From Trueperaceae bacterium (GTDB lineage Bacteria; Deinococcota; Deinococci; Deinococcales; Trueperaceae), in contig JAXHNB010000005.1 in NCBI GenBank assembly GCA_034520945.1, positions 448,001-512,000 on the forward strand: a stretch of DNA of 64,000 bases. The letters are read 5' to 3'. Positions 12,420 through 22,551 of the stretch are shown here, in pieces. The position numbers and the translations under genes were made by a program. Positions within the stretch are counted from its first letter, which is position 1; every line of letters begins with the position of its first letter. Under the pieces are notes generated by a model. That model searched no databases. It saw only the letters and a list, made by a program, of their open reading frames with translations, and was not told the origin of the DNA.

Positions 12420-13396
12420 GCGACCGGCCCGCCGCCGTCGTGCTGGCGGCCGGACAGGGCCGGCGCATGCGCTCGTCGCTGCCCAAGGTGGTGCACGAGG
12501 TGGCCGGCCGGCCGATGGTGGCGCACGTGGTGCGGGCCGCCCGGACGCTCGGCGCCGACCCCGTCGTGGTGGTGGTCGGCGCGGGCGCCGACCGGGTGCG
12601 CGAGGCGCTGGCCGGCGAGGCGGTGGCGTTCGCCACCCAATCCCGCCCGCTCGGCACGGGGCACGCCTTCGCCAGCGCCCGGGAGGCGCTGGGCGCCTGG
12701 GCCGGCCCGGTGTTCTGCCTCAACGGCGACGGGCCGACGGTGACCGCCGCGTCGCTGGAGGCGATGCAACGCCTGCAGCAGGGCGGGCCACGCCCCGGCG
12801 AGGGCATGACCCTGATGACGGTCACCGCCGACGACCCCACCGGCTTGGGCCGGGTCGTCCGCGACGAGGCCGGGCGCGTGCGCGCGATCGTGGAGGAGAA
12901 GGACGCCAGTGACGCCACCCGCCGCATCCGCGAGATCAGCCCCGGCGTGTTCCTGTTCGACGCCACCGCCCTGCGACGCGCCGCGGCGCTGGGTCGCGAC
13001 AACGCGCAGGGGGAAGCGTACGTGACGGACCTCCCGGCCGCATACCTGGCCGACGGCGCGCCCGTGCGGGCGTACCACGCCGAGGATCCGCGCGAGGGGC
13101 TGGCCGCCAACGACCGGGCCCAGTTGGCGGTGCTCGAACGCGTCATGCGCGACCGGGTCCGCGCCCGCTGGCTGAATGAGGGGGTCACCATGGCGTCGCC
13201 CGAGACCACCTTCATCGACGACGGCGTGGTGCTGGCCCAGGACGTGGTGCTGGAACCGTTCGTGGTGCTGAAGGGCGGCACGCGCGTCGGGGACGGGGCG
13301 CGGATCGGGGCGGGGGCGCACCTGCAGGACTGCGAGGTCGCCGCGGGGGCGTGGGTCCCGCCGCACGCGCTGGCCAGCGAGGCCCGCTTCGGCTGA
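12416..13396 (+). CDS. glmU: GlmU-like UDP-GlcNAc pyrophosphorylase, C-terminally short (326 aa)
   Basis: VVLAAGQGRRMRSSLPKVVH, LGTGHA, IVEEKDA, NAQGEAYVTD; stops after only the first hexapeptide turns. Confidence 0.8.
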   Translation: MSDRPAAVVLAAGQGRRMRSSLPKVVHEVAGRPMVAHVVRAARTLGADPVVVVVGAGADRVREALAGEAVAFATQSRPLGTGHAFASAREALGAWAGPVFCLNGDGPTVTAASLEAMQRLQQGGPRPGEGMTLMTVTADDPTGLGRVVRDEAGRVRAIVEEKDASDATRRIREISPGVFLFDATALRRAAALGRDNAQGEAYVTDLPAAYLADGAPVRAYHAEDPREGLAANDRAQLAVLERVMRDRVRARWLNEGVTMASPETTFIDDGVVLAQDVVLEPFVVLKGGTRVGDGARIGAGAHLQDCEVAAGAWVPPHALASEARFG

Positions 13397-13402
13397 CGCG
13401 AT

Positions 13403-13494
13403 CCCCCGACACGCCCCCCGACACGGCCCTGGCGCGGTCGCCCGACGCCAGCGGCACGGCCTCGGCCCCGCGTCGGCCCCGCGTCGGCCCCGCG
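13403..13494. repeat. Short tandem repeats: CCCCCGACACG x2 and TCGGCCCCGCG x3
   Basis: Three exact 11-bp copies at 13462-13494; two copies of CCCCCGACACG within 13403-13425. Confidence 0.85.
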
Positions 13495-13498
13495 GCCG

Positions 13499-14968
13499 CT
13501 ACCCCCGCAGCCGGTAGCCCCCGTCGGCCGGTCCGTCCAGGATCTCGACCGTGAGGTCGCGCAGGCGCACCGCGGTGCTCTCGACGTACACGCCGAAGCG
13601 CCCCTCGCGCATGGTGTCGTCGACCAGGCTGAGAACCACCTCGCCGCCGAGGGACGCCTCCAGGTAGCCGCCGAACGCCACCACCTCCAGCTCCAGCGGT
13701 TCGGGACGCACCAGGTAGGCGGCCTCCTGCAAGGCCCGGTAGTCGAAGGCGGCGGCGCCCGGCTCGACATGCCCGCGGCGGGCGGTCCACACCCGCAGCG
13801 CGGCCAGCCCCTTGTCGGGCGACAGGCTCAGGTGGTAGCCCTCGCCCCCCTCGTTCACGCGCAGCAGCAGGCCCAGCTTGCCGGGGCCCTCGCGGGCCAG
13901 GCGCATCCGGACGCGCACGTCACGGTGCACCTCCGGCATCAGGAACAGTTCGGTGGCGTGCGGGCTGCGCAACACGGCCGTGCCCGCCCCGTCGGGACCC
14001 TCGGCGCGGGTGCCCGAAACGCCGCACAGCGGGGTGAACGCGCTCAGCTCCGCGCCGGGTACCGCCTGGCGCACCTTGGCGTCGAAGGCGGGGTGCGAGC
14101 GGACCCGCAGGCGCCCGTTCTCGGCCTCCACACGTTTGGGGGGCGCCATCAGGTGATGGCCGTCAGGGGAGGCGAAGAAGTTCCACAACGACCGTGCGCC
14201 GCCGTCCAACGAGGCGCTTATGCGCGCGGCGTAGTTGCCCTGCGGCAGGAGCACGTTGTCGCTGGGGGCTTCGAACGGGCCGTCCGGGCGCCCTGCGCGC
14301 CACAGGTGGACCTTTCGGTCCTCACGGATCGAGCCCAACAACCACCAGTGCCCGCCGTCCTCGAACAGCGACGGGACCTCGACGTCGTCGTAGCGGTTGG
14401 GGTGATGAAGGGGCGCCTTGGGCCGTGGGGCGGTCCGGCCGTCCCACGCCAGCCGGGCGACGCAGCCCCGCCGCAGCGGCGGTCCGTGCGCGACGCGGGC
14501 GCTGGCGAGGATCTCGGTGCCGTGCTCCGTCTGGATCAGGTACGGATCCCGGAAGCTGGTCCAGCCGCGCGGCTCCAGCTCGCACTCGTAGGCGGGATGA
14601 TCCAACGCGAGGGGAAACCCGCCACCCTCGACCTTGCGCCAGTGCATCAGGTCGTCGGACCGGGCCAGCCCGATCCGCTGGACGCGCCCCTCCTCGTCGC
14701 GGGCCAGGCCGGTGTACAGCATGCGGAAGCCGCCCGCCGGGTCGCGGCTGACGTGCATCGTCCACAGCATGTCGTCGTCGAACGCGCCGGGATCGCCGAC
14801 GAACAACGCGTTCGGGGCGCGGCGCCAACTCAGGCCGTCCTCGCTGATGGCGTGGGCGATCAGGTCGTGGTTGGGGAGAACCAGGTGGAACAGGTGGTAG
14901 GCGCCGTCGTGCGCGATGACGTCGACGTCGCCGATCTGGACGGGCCGGAACCCGCGAACCGGGTACAA
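13499..14968 (-). CDS. GH32/clan GH-J-like beta-fructosidase (five-bladed propeller plus beta-sandwich)
   Basis: IGDVDV..YHLFHL at the N-terminus, SFRDPY (RDP motif), DDVEVPSL; TTG start 2 nt after the SPS stop. Confidence 0.75.
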   Translation of the reverse strand: MYPVRGFRPVQIGDVDVIAHDGAYHLFHLVLPNHDLIAHAISEDGLSWRRAPNALFVGDPGAFDDDMLWTMHVSRDPAGGFRMLYTGLARDEEGRVQRIGLARSDDLMHWRKVEGGGFPLALDHPAYECELEPRGWTSFRDPYLIQTEHGTEILASARVAHGPPLRRGCVARLAWDGRTAPRPKAPLHHPNRYDDVEVPSLFEDGGHWWLLGSIREDRKVHLWRAGRPDGPFEAPSDNVLLPQGNYAARISASLDGGARSLWNFFASPDGHHLMAPPKRVEAENGRLRVRSHPAFDAKVRQAVPGAELSAFTPLCGVSGTRAEGPDGAGTAVLRSPHATELFLMPEVHRDVRVRMRLAREGPGKLGLLLRVNEGGEGYHLSLSPDKGLAALRVWTARRGHVEPGAAAFDYRALQEAAYLVRPEPLELEVVAFGGYLEASLGGEVVLSLVDDTMREGRFGVYVESTAVRLRDLTVEILDGPADGGYRLRG

Positions 14969-14970
14969 CG

Positions 14971-17187
14971 TCAGTCCACCAACCCATACGCGCGGAGTCC
15001 CGCCAGGACGCCGCGCGCGTGCGGTTCGTCCACGAACCGTATGCCGCGCCTGCCGCGGAGAGGCTCGAGCTCGGAGGCGTGGTTGCCGACCACGATGCCG
15101 CGGAAGCGGCTGCGCAGCATTTCGGCGTCGTTGCCGCTGTCGCCGGCCACGCAGACGCGCTTGGGGTCCAGGCCCCACTTGGTCGCCACGTAGCGGACGG
15201 CCTTGCCCTTGCCGGCGCGGTGCGGCAGCACGTCCAGGTAGCGGCCGTGCGACCACACCAACGTGTAGCGCAGGTCCCGCGCGTCCAGCGCCTCGCAGAT
15301 CTCGGTCAGGCGCGCCTCGTCCTCCAGGTAGAAGCTGAGCTTGACGGCGGTCTGCGCCTCCTCGCCCTGGGGTTCCAGGCCGAGCTCGAGCAGCGTGTCG
15401 CGGACCGCGTCGCGTTGCCAGCGGGCCTGGAGGTGGCGCTCGAAGCCACGGTCCAGGATGCGGGAGGGCCCGTAGCGGATCTCGCTGCCGACGTCGCAGA
15501 TGATCACCTGCGGGTCGGGAAGGCCGTAGCTGTCGATGGCCTCCTCGACCAGCGCCAGGCTGCGGCCCGACGCCACGCCGAAGCCGATGTCGTTGCGGCG
15601 CAAGGCGTCCGCCAGCGCCTCCAGCGCTTCGGGGTCCGGCTCGTCCTGCACCAGCGTGCCGTCGATGTCGCTGATCAACATGCTGCGCAGCCCCTGCAGG
15701 TCGCGCCCGACGGTGCTGCGCCAGGGGTCGCTGGCCAGGTCGTCGGCCGGCGTCTCCAGCAGCGGCCATACGGCGGTGAGGTACGTCTCCGCGTGAGCCG
15801 TCCAGGAGTAGTGCCTCCGCACCCCTTCGATGCCGGCGTGGCTGTAGGTGTCCCACAGTTCCTCATCGACCAGGATGCGCTTGAGCGCGGCCTGCATCTC
15901 CTGGGGCTCGCGGGTGTCGACCAGCTCGCCGGAGCCGCAGGTGCCGATGATCTCCTTGGGGCCGCCGTGGTCGGTGGACACGACCGGCAGTCCCGACGAG
16001 GACGCCTCGATCAGGGTGATGCCGAAGTTCTCGACCAGCGCCGGGTTGATGAACACGCCGCGGCTGGAGGCCGCCAGGCGGTACAGCACCGGGATGTCGG
16101 TGCCCGGGTCGTGCTTCTTGGGCAGCGCCAGCTTGCCGTACAGGTCGTAGCGGTCCATGCTGAGGAGGAGGTCGGTGAGCACCTCGCGCTCGTTGTCGTC
16201 CATCTCCTCGATGTCCTTGCGCACGCCGGCGAACACCGCCAGGTTGGCGATCGACTGCAGCTCCTTGTCTTCTCCGTAGGCGGTGATCAGTCCGTCGATG
16301 TTCTTGCGCCGGTCGGGCCGGCTGACGGCCAGCACGAGGGGCTTGTCGGGATCGTTCAGGAACCGTTCCAGCTCGCGCCACATCCGCACGCGCGCCTCGA
16401 CGATGTCGTCGCCCGCGTCGAAGCTGCGGTCCTGATCGTAGTACCAGGGGTAGAAGCGCTCCACGTCGATGCCGGGCGGCAGCACCTGGTAGCTGGCGCT
16501 GCGGTGGCCTTCGTACAGCTGGTAGCCGTACTCGACCTCGTGCTGCGTGCTGGCGATGACCACGTCGGCCTTCCGCAGCAGCTCCTCTTCGACCTCGATG
16601 CGGTGCGAGATCTTGTAGCGCGACTCCAGCGCCTCCTCGTCCACGCCGGCGTTGCGGAGCACCTCGACCTTGTTGCGGCCCAGGGAGTGGCCGGTGAACA
16701 CCAACGGCAGGGCCAGCGCGCTGGCGATCTCCAGCGCGACGTAGCCGGCGTCGGCGTAGTGGCCGTGGACCAGGTCGGGGCGCACGCCGTGTTCGCGGTT
16801 CCAGCGCAGGACGCCCTGCACGAACGCGTCGAGCGAGGGCCACAACAGCTCCTTGCGGCGGTAGCGGGTGCCGCCCGCGCGGATGCGGACGATTCGGGCG
16901 CTCTCGCCGATCGGTTCCTCCTCGTGGGCGTAGTCGTCCGAGACGCGGTCGTCGTCGATCAGGCGCGTGAACAGCACCACGTCGCGTACGTCCTCGCGTC
17001 GCCCGAGGGCCCGGGCCAGCTCGACGACGTACTTGGTTTGCCCGCCGGTGTCGGCGTCGCGGCCGAGTTCCAGGTCGTGTCCACGGATCAGGCCGTGGAC
17101 GCTGAACATGTGAACGATCAGGGGGCGGCCGGCGGTCCCGCCGCTGCGTTCCGTCGGGGTCGTCGAAGTGTCGTCTTCTGGGCTCAT
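14971..17187 (-). CDS. sps: Bifunctional sucrose-phosphate synthase (GT4) / sucrose-phosphate phosphatase-like HAD-IIB
   Basis: [69 protein letters not shown]-terminal ISDIDGTL and AGDSGND. Confidence 0.88.
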   Translation of the reverse strand: MSPEDDTSTTPTERSGGTAGRPLIVHMFSVHGLIRGHDLELGRDADTGGQTKYVVELARALGRREDVRDVVLFTRLIDDDRVSDDYAHEEEPIGESARIVRIRAGGTRYRRKELLWPSLDAFVQGVLRWNREHGVRPDLVHGHYADAGYVALEIASALALPLVFTGHSLGRNKVEVLRNAGVDEEALESRYKISHRIEVEEELLRKADVVIASTQHEVEYGYQLYEGHRSASYQVLPPGIDVERFYPWYYDQDRSFDAGDDIVEARVRMWRELERFLNDPDKPLVLAVSRPDRRKNIDGLITAYGEDKELQSIANLAVFAGVRKDIEEMDDNEREVLTDLLLSMDRYDLYGKLALPKKHDPGTDIPVLYRLAASSRGVFINPALVENFGITLIEASSSGLPVVSTDHGGPKEIIGTCGSGELVDTREPQEMQAALKRILVDEELWDTYSHAGIEGVRRHYSWTAHAETYLTAVWPLLETPADDLASDPWRSTVGRDLQGLRSMLISDIDGTLVQDEPDPEALEALADALRRNDIGFGVASGRSLALVEEAIDSYGLPDPQVIICDVGSEIRYGPSRILDRGFERHLQARWQRDAVRDTLLELGLEPQGEEAQTAVKLSFYLEDEARLTEICEALDARDLRYTLVWSHGRYLDVLPHRAGKGKAVRYVATKWGLDPKRVCVAGDSGNDAEMLRSRFRGIVVGNHASELEPLRGRRGIRFVDEPHARGVLAGLRAYGLVD

Positions 17188-17290
17188 CGCACGCTCCCTC
17201 GCATCCCATGGTAGCGGAGTGCGCCGTGACGCACGTCCCGTGGGGGCACGCGCCGTCGCGGGCGCGGTGCTATCCTGGCGCGCGGGAGGC

Positions 17291-18445
17291 ATGATGTCGT
17301 ATTTCGACAAACCCCCGGCGGTGCTGGCGCTCGAGGACGGGACCCTCTACTACGGGTACGCCTTCGGGCATCCGGGCGAAACCGTCGGCGAGATCGTGTT
17401 CAACACCTCGATGACCGGGTACCAGGAGATCCTGACCGATCCCAGCTACCACGGTCAGATCGTGACCATGACGTACCCGCACATCGGCAACTACGGCGTG
17501 TCGGTGTACGACATGGAGTCGAACCGTCCGTTCGCGCGCGGCTTCATCGTGCGCGAGTTCTCGCGCGCCGCCAGCAACCACCGGGCCAACCAGGACCTGC
17601 AGAGCTTCATGGAGCAGCACCGCATCGTCGGCATCGAGGGGATCGATACCCGCGCCCTCACCCGGCGCCTGCGGACCGGCGGCGTGGTGAAGGGCGTGAT
17701 CCGGCACGGGGCGCGCGACGAGGCGCTGGAGGCCGAGCTGGTCGCCCGCGCCCGCGCCCACGAGGACATCGACGGGCGCGACATGACCCCCGAGGTGACC
17801 ACCCCGCTTCCCTACGCGCGGCCCACCTTTCGGGCGTCGCCGCGGGTGGTGGTGATCGACTTCGGGATCAAACATTCGATCGTGTACAAGCTGGAGTTGG
17901 CCGGCGCCGAGGTGATCGTGGTCCCGGCACAGACGACGCCGGCGCAGATCATGGCGCTGGACCCCTACGGCCTGGTGCTCAGCAACGGCCCCGGCGACCC
18001 GGACGGCCCCAAGTACGCCCACGACACGGTCTGGCAGCTGCTGGGTTTGTTGCCGACCTACGGCATCTGCATGGGGCACCAACTGCTCGGCCTGGCGGTC
18101 GGGGGGCGCACCTTCAAGCTCACGCACGGCCACCACGGCGCCAACACCCCCGTCAAGAACGTCGTCACCGGCGAGGTCGAGATCACCAGCCAGAACCACA
18201 ACTACGCCGTCGACGTACGCTCCATCCCCGGCGGGCAGTTCCGCGCCACGCACGTCAACCTGAACGACGGCACCCTGGAGGGGATGGCCCACGAGCGCTA
18301 CCCCGTGTTCAGCGTGCAGTACCACCCCGAGGCCAGCCCCGGCCCCCACGACGCGAACTACCTGTTCCGCCGCTTCATCGAGGAGGTCGGGGCGTTCGAG
18401 GGCGCGTCGGCGCTGCCGGCGGCGCGGGCGGTGCCCTACACCTGA
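17291..18445 (+). CDS. carA: Carbamoyl-phosphate synthase small subunit
   Basis: [49 protein letters not shown]. Confidence 0.97.
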   Translation: MMSYFDKPPAVLALEDGTLYYGYAFGHPGETVGEIVFNTSMTGYQEILTDPSYHGQIVTMTYPHIGNYGVSVYDMESNRPFARGFIVREFSRAASNHRANQDLQSFMEQHRIVGIEGIDTRALTRRLRTGGVVKGVIRHGARDEALEAELVARARAHEDIDGRDMTPEVTTPLPYARPTFRASPRVVVIDFGIKHSIVYKLELAGAEVIVVPAQTTPAQIMALDPYGLVLSNGPGDPDGPKYAHDTVWQLLGLLPTYGICMGHQLLGLAVGGRTFKLTHGHHGANTPVKNVVTGEVEITSQNHNYAVDVRSIPGGQFRATHVNLNDGTLEGMAHERYPVFSVQYHPEASPGPHDANYLFRRFIEEVGAFEGASALPAARAVPYT

Positions 18446-18481
18446 GCGGTGCTCGGCGGTTCGCGTCGCGGCGGAGCGCCC

Positions 18482-18904
18482 TCAGTTCACCGTCCGGCCG
18501 ACCGACGCCGACCAGCCGCGCCGCCGCCACAGGTAGAGCCCGAGCCCCAGCGGCCCGGCCACCCAGGTGAGGATCAGTTCGGTGCGGGGTAGGCGGCCGT
18601 AGAAGCGGGCGTCGCGGAAGAGCCACACCCCGGCGAACAGGTCCAGCGTCACCATGTGCGCCCAGGCGGTCAGGAAGCCGAGCGGCCGCCCCATCGCGTC
18701 GGCCAACGCATGGGGGTCCAGCGACGGCGGCGCGGCGCCCGCCACCAGGGTCGCGGCCAGGAGCCCGGCGTAGGCGCCGGCCAGCCCTACGAACGGCCAC
18801 GGCGACGTCACCAGCGTGCGCGTGCTGGGCGTGCGCGGGAACAAAAGCATCGACAACCACCACGGCAGCGTCGCGACCGAGATCAGCGAGAACGTGACCG
18901 CCAC
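18482..18904 (-). CDS. ABA4-like / DUF4281 membrane protein
   Basis: LPWWLSMLLFP, AWAHMVTLDLFAGVW and GPLGLGLYL patterns. Confidence 0.75.
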   Translation of the reverse strand: MAVTFSLISVATLPWWLSMLLFPRTPSTRTLVTSPWPFVGLAGAYAGLLAATLVAGAAPPSLDPHALADAMGRPLGFLTAWAHMVTLDLFAGVWLFRDARFYGRLPRTELILTWVAGPLGLGLYLWRRRGWSASVGRTVN

Positions 18905-18907
18905 GCC

Positions 18908-19384
18908 TCAGCCCTCGCCGTCGTTCACGGCGCCCGCGTCGCCGGCGTGCGTGTCCAGGTGCAGGGTGACGGGGCCGTCATTGACGAGCGCCACCTGCAT
19001 GCCGGCACGGAACGTGCCGGTCTGGCACGGCACGCCGGCGCGAGACAGCGCGGCGGTGAACGCTTCGTACAGGCCGTCGGCCGTCTCGGGCGGGGCAGCG
19101 CCCAGGAAGCTGGGGCGGTTGCCGCGGCGCGTGTCGGCGTACAGCGTGAACTGGCTGACCACCAGGACGCTGCCACGTACGTCGGTGACGCTGCGGTTCA
19201 TCTTGCCCGCCTCGTCCTCGAAGATGCGCAGGCGCGCCACCTTCCGCGCCAGCGCCTCGGCGTGGGCGGTGTCGTCGCCCTGGCCGACGCCGAGCAGCAC
19301 CAACAGGCCGCGATGAATCGCACCCACGCTGTGGTCGTCCACCCGCACCTCGGCGTGGGCGACGCGTTGCACCACCGCCCTCAC
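18908..19384 (-). CDS. dtd: D-aminoacyl-tRNA deacylase
   Basis: [27 protein letters not shown]. Confidence 0.96.
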   Translation of the reverse strand: MRAVVQRVAHAEVRVDDHSVGAIHRGLLVLLGVGQGDDTAHAEALARKVARLRIFEDEAGKMNRSVTDVRGSVLVVSQFTLYADTRRGNRPSFLGAAPPETADGLYEAFTAALSRAGVPCQTGTFRAGMQVALVNDGPVTLHLDTHAGDAGAVNDGEG

Positions 19385-19418
19385 GGCGCGGCCGGCGCAG
19401 CGATCCGGCGCGGTCCCA

Positions 19419-20033
19419 TCAGAACAGCCCCTGTTGGCGCGCCGTGTCGATCACGACCGGCCCGGACTTGCTCGGCAACGCGTCCAGCGTCTGCCGGAGC
19501 CGCTTCATCGCCTCCCACATCTGCCACTTGGGCGCCCCGCGTTCGCGGCTGGGGTTGCGGAGCAGGTAGGCAGGGTGATACAGCGGCATCACGCGAATCC
19601 CCTGCTTTGATTGCCACGTGCCGTGCAGCGTGGTGATGCCGTCCTTGGTGTCCAAGAACCACTGCGTGGACACGTTGCCGAGCGTGGCGATGACCTGTGG
19701 GCGGATCAGCCGGATCTGGTGCAGGAGGACCGGCGCGCTGGCGGCCAACTCCTCGGGTCGGGGGTTGCGGTTCCCGGGCGGCCGGTACTTGACGATGTTG
19801 GTGATGTACACCTCGTCCCGGCTCAGGTCGACGCTCTCCAGGATCTTGTCCAGCAGCTGGCCCGCGCGACCCACGAACGGGCGGCCGCTGAGGTCCTCCT
19901 CCTCGCCGGGCGCCTCCCCGATCAGCATCAATGCGGCGTCCTCGTCCCCTTCGCCGAAGACGAGGGTGCTGGAGAGCTCGTGCAGGGCGTCGGGGCGCTC
20001 CGCGGCGCTGCGTTCGAGGTCGCGCAGGGTCAT
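19419..20033 (-). CDS. Uracil-DNA glycosylase, family 4-like
   Basis: [41 protein letters not shown]; no Fe-S cysteines seen. Confidence 0.92.
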   Translation of the reverse strand: MTLRDLERSAAERPDALHELSSTLVFGEGDEDAALMLIGEAPGEEEDLSGRPFVGRAGQLLDKILESVDLSRDEVYITNIVKYRPPGNRNPRPEELAASAPVLLHQIRLIRPQVIATLGNVSTQWFLDTKDGITTLHGTWQSKQGIRVMPLYHPAYLLRNPSRERGAPKWQMWEAMKRLRQTLDALPSKSGPVVIDTARQQGLF

Positions 20034-20078
20034 GGCGTGGTTGTACCACGGTCCGCACGCGGCCTTCCTGCCGCTCCG

Positions 20079-20450
20079 TCAGGGGGCCGAGGGGGGCCGC
20101 TGGCTGCGCACTTCTCGGCGCACCTTCGGCTCCAGTCCGATCATCAAAAAGAAGTTCTCGAGGGCGTTCTCGCGGCCCTTCACGGCGGCATGCGCGTCGG
20201 CGGGACTGCCGGTGACGAAGGGGAGCTCCTTGTAGATCGCCAAGGCGGCGTGGGCGACCTCTTCGGGCGTACCGTGCGTCGCCATCTCGGTCAGTTCCGC
20301 ATACACTTCGCGGCGGGCCTCGGCGTGCCGGCGGAACGCGTCGGGGTGCTCGGCATCGTCAGCGCGCAACAGGTCCTGCTTGGCGAGGCGGCGGTAGTGC
20401 TTGAGTCCACGCAGGATCTCGTCGGAACTGAGGACCACGTTCACGTCCAT
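20079..20450 (-). CDS. Hypothetical helical protein (123 aa)
   Basis: SD GGAG before ATG; genome-typical codons; co-oriented with neighbours. Confidence 0.7.
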   Translation of the reverse strand: MDVNVVLSSDEILRGLKHYRRLAKQDLLRADDAEHPDAFRRHAEARREVYAELTEMATHGTPEEVAHAALAIYKELPFVTGSPADAHAAVKGRENALENFFLMIGLEPKVRREVRSQRPPSAP

Positions 20451-20545
20451 GGAGACTCCTTCCGGTCGGACGCCCAGGGCGTCGGTGCAGGCGCCTGCCT
20501 CAGCGTAGCGCGCCGGAATGAGCCGGATGTGGACCTCCCGTCGCC

Positions 20546-20773
20546 TCAGGCGCGGAGCGGCTTCTTCCGCAGCGGCGGCGCGTCGGACTCGTCCTGCAGC
20601 AGCACGTCCCCGGCGTCGCGTTCCAGCGCGGCCAGGTCGGCCTCGTCGCTGCGGTAGCCGCAGTGCCGGCACTCCAACTCGTCGAAGCCCTCGGCGAAGT
20701 GCCAGCTGACCGTCGCTTCGCTGCCGCACTCGGGGCAGGGAACCCCATCGAAGCTACCTTCCGCGTCGAACAT
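20546..20773 (-). CDS. Small zinc-ribbon protein (75 aa)
   Basis: CPECG...CRHCG; SD GAGGGAGG upstream. Confidence 0.75.
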   Translation of the reverse strand: MFDAEGSFDGVPCPECGSEATVSWHFAEGFDELECRHCGYRSDEADLAALERDAGDVLLQDESDAPPLRKKPLRA

Positions 20774-20873
20774 CGCGTGCCTCCCTCATGGCCGGAGCGT
20801 ATCCGAGGCGGCGGGCGGGGGGCGTTGGACGCAGGACCGGCGCCGGTGGGCCCGACGGGGGCGCCGGCGGCCC

Positions 20874-22493
20874 TCAGCCGCGCTGCCGGGTCGCCTCGGC
20901 GCGGGCCAGCAGATCGCGCGCCGTTCCCACCGCGGGCGCCTCCTCGTGCCCGGCCAGCATCCGCGCCAGCTCCCGTTCGCGGGCGTCTCCCTCCAGGGGG
21001 GCGACGGTCGACACGGTGCGCCCCGCGCGCGTCTCCTTGTCGACCCGGTGGTGGCCGTCGGCGAACGCCGCCACCTGCGCGAGGTGCGTCACCACCAGCA
21101 CCTGGTGACGTTGCGCCAGGGCCGCCAGCATCTCGCCGACCGCCAGGGCGGCCCGCCCGCCCACGCCGGCGTCGACCTCGTCGAGCACCAGGGTGGGCCG
21201 GTCGCTGCCCGTGACCAACCACAACGCCAGCATCAGGCGCGACAGCTCGCCGCCGGAGGCGGCCTGCGCCAGCGGCGCCGCCTGCTCGCCGCGATTGGCG
21301 GCAAACGACAACCACACGCGCTCACGGCCGTGCGGCCCCGGGTCGGCCTCCTCCAGCACCACCTCGACACGTGCCGCGTCCAGCGCCAGCCGGGCCAGCA
21401 ACGGGGCCACCCCCCGCTCCAACCGGTCGGCGGCCGCGCGGCGGGCCGTGCTCAGGCGGGCGCCATGCTCGGCCAGGCGCGCGTCCAGGGCGTCCACCTC
21501 GTCGGCCAGCTCCTGTACGCGGTCTTCGCTGCGGTCCAGCGCCTCCAGCTCGTCGGCCAGCGCGGTGCGGTGGGCCAGGATCGCGGCGGTCCCCTCGCCG
21601 TATTTGGCCGACAGGCGCTGGATTCGCGCCAGCCGCCCCTCCACCTCGTCGAGGCGCGCGGGGTCCTCCCTCAGCGGGTCCAGCACGTCCTGAAGCTCGT
21701 CGCTCACCGCCTGCGCGCCGCGCAGGGCGTCGTCCAGGTCGCGCGCCAGCGGTGCCAGCCGCGCATCGTAGCGGGCGGCACCGTCCAGTTCGCGCACGGC
21801 GCGCGCCAAGCGTGCCACCGCGCCCTCGTCCTCCTCCAACGCCGTCAACGCGGCCGCGGCGGCCTGCGCGATGTGGTCGACGTGCCGCAGGCGAGCCGCC
21901 TCGGCGGCCAGCTCCTCCTCCTCGCCGGCGCTCAAGCCCGCGGCGTCGATCTCGTCGATGCGGGCCCGTAGGGTCTCGGCACGTTCGGTGCGGGCGCGGG
22001 CCTCGCCCTGGAGCCGCTGCAGCTCGTGGGCGCGGGCGCGGCGTTCCGCGTACGCCTCGCGGTAGGCGCGCAGCGCAGCCGCGCCGTCCTCGTCCAGGAG
22101 GCGGTCGAGGGCTTCGCGTTGCCGCGCGGGCGTGAGGAGGGCCTGGTGCGCGTGCTGCGCGAACACGGCCAGCCGGGCCCCCACCGCGTCGGCCAGCTCG
22201 GCGACGGTGACCAGCTCGCCGTCGAGGCGGGCGTGGTTCCGCCCCTCGCGCACCAGGGTGCGCGAGGCCGAGGCGAGGCCGGGCCCGGCGAACTCGGCCT
22301 GGACGCGCGCGAGATCGGTCCCGCTGCGGACCAGTTCGGGGTCGGCACGCCCGCCGGCCAGCAGGGCCAGGGCGTCCACCAGGAGGGACTTGCCGGTCCC
22401 GGTCTCGCCGGTGAGGACCTGCAGGCCGGGCCCCAGCTCCAGGCGGACGTGTTCGGCCAACACGAAGTCCTGGAGTTCGAGTACCTGCAGCAC
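20874..22493 (-). CDS. recN: DNA repair protein RecN
   Basis: LTGETGTGKS Walker A, coiled coil, ASGGELSRLML, LVLDEVDAGVGG, VTHLAQVA. Confidence 0.95.
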   Translation of the reverse strand: MLQVLELQDFVLAEHVRLELGPGLQVLTGETGTGKSLLVDALALLAGGRADPELVRSGTDLARVQAEFAGPGLASASRTLVREGRNHARLDGELVTVAELADAVGARLAVFAQHAHQALLTPARQREALDRLLDEDGAAALRAYREAYAERRARAHELQRLQGEARARTERAETLRARIDEIDAAGLSAGEEEELAAEAARLRHVDHIAQAAAAALTALEEDEGAVARLARAVRELDGAARYDARLAPLARDLDDALRGAQAVSDELQDVLDPLREDPARLDEVEGRLARIQRLSAKYGEGTAAILAHRTALADELEALDRSEDRVQELADEVDALDARLAEHGARLSTARRAAADRLERGVAPLLARLALDAARVEVVLEEADPGPHGRERVWLSFAANRGEQAAPLAQAASGGELSRLMLALWLVTGSDRPTLVLDEVDAGVGGRAALAVGEMLAALAQRHQVLVVTHLAQVAAFADGHHRVDKETRAGRTVSTVAPLEGDARERELARMLAGHEEAPAVGTARDLLARAEATRQRG

Positions 22494-22551
22494 GCTGGAA
22501 TGGTAGCGCGAATGGCGCCGCGGCTCGGGGCCGCCGGCGTCGCGCGCGGCG

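Noticed and set aside
13403..13494. Tandem repeats as a CRISPR array
   Set aside because: Units are 11 bp, essentially adjacent with no spacers, and there are no cas genes in the window
17291..18445. carA without adjacent carB, and trpBA without other trp genes
   Set aside because: Split operons are common and the partners may lie outside the window
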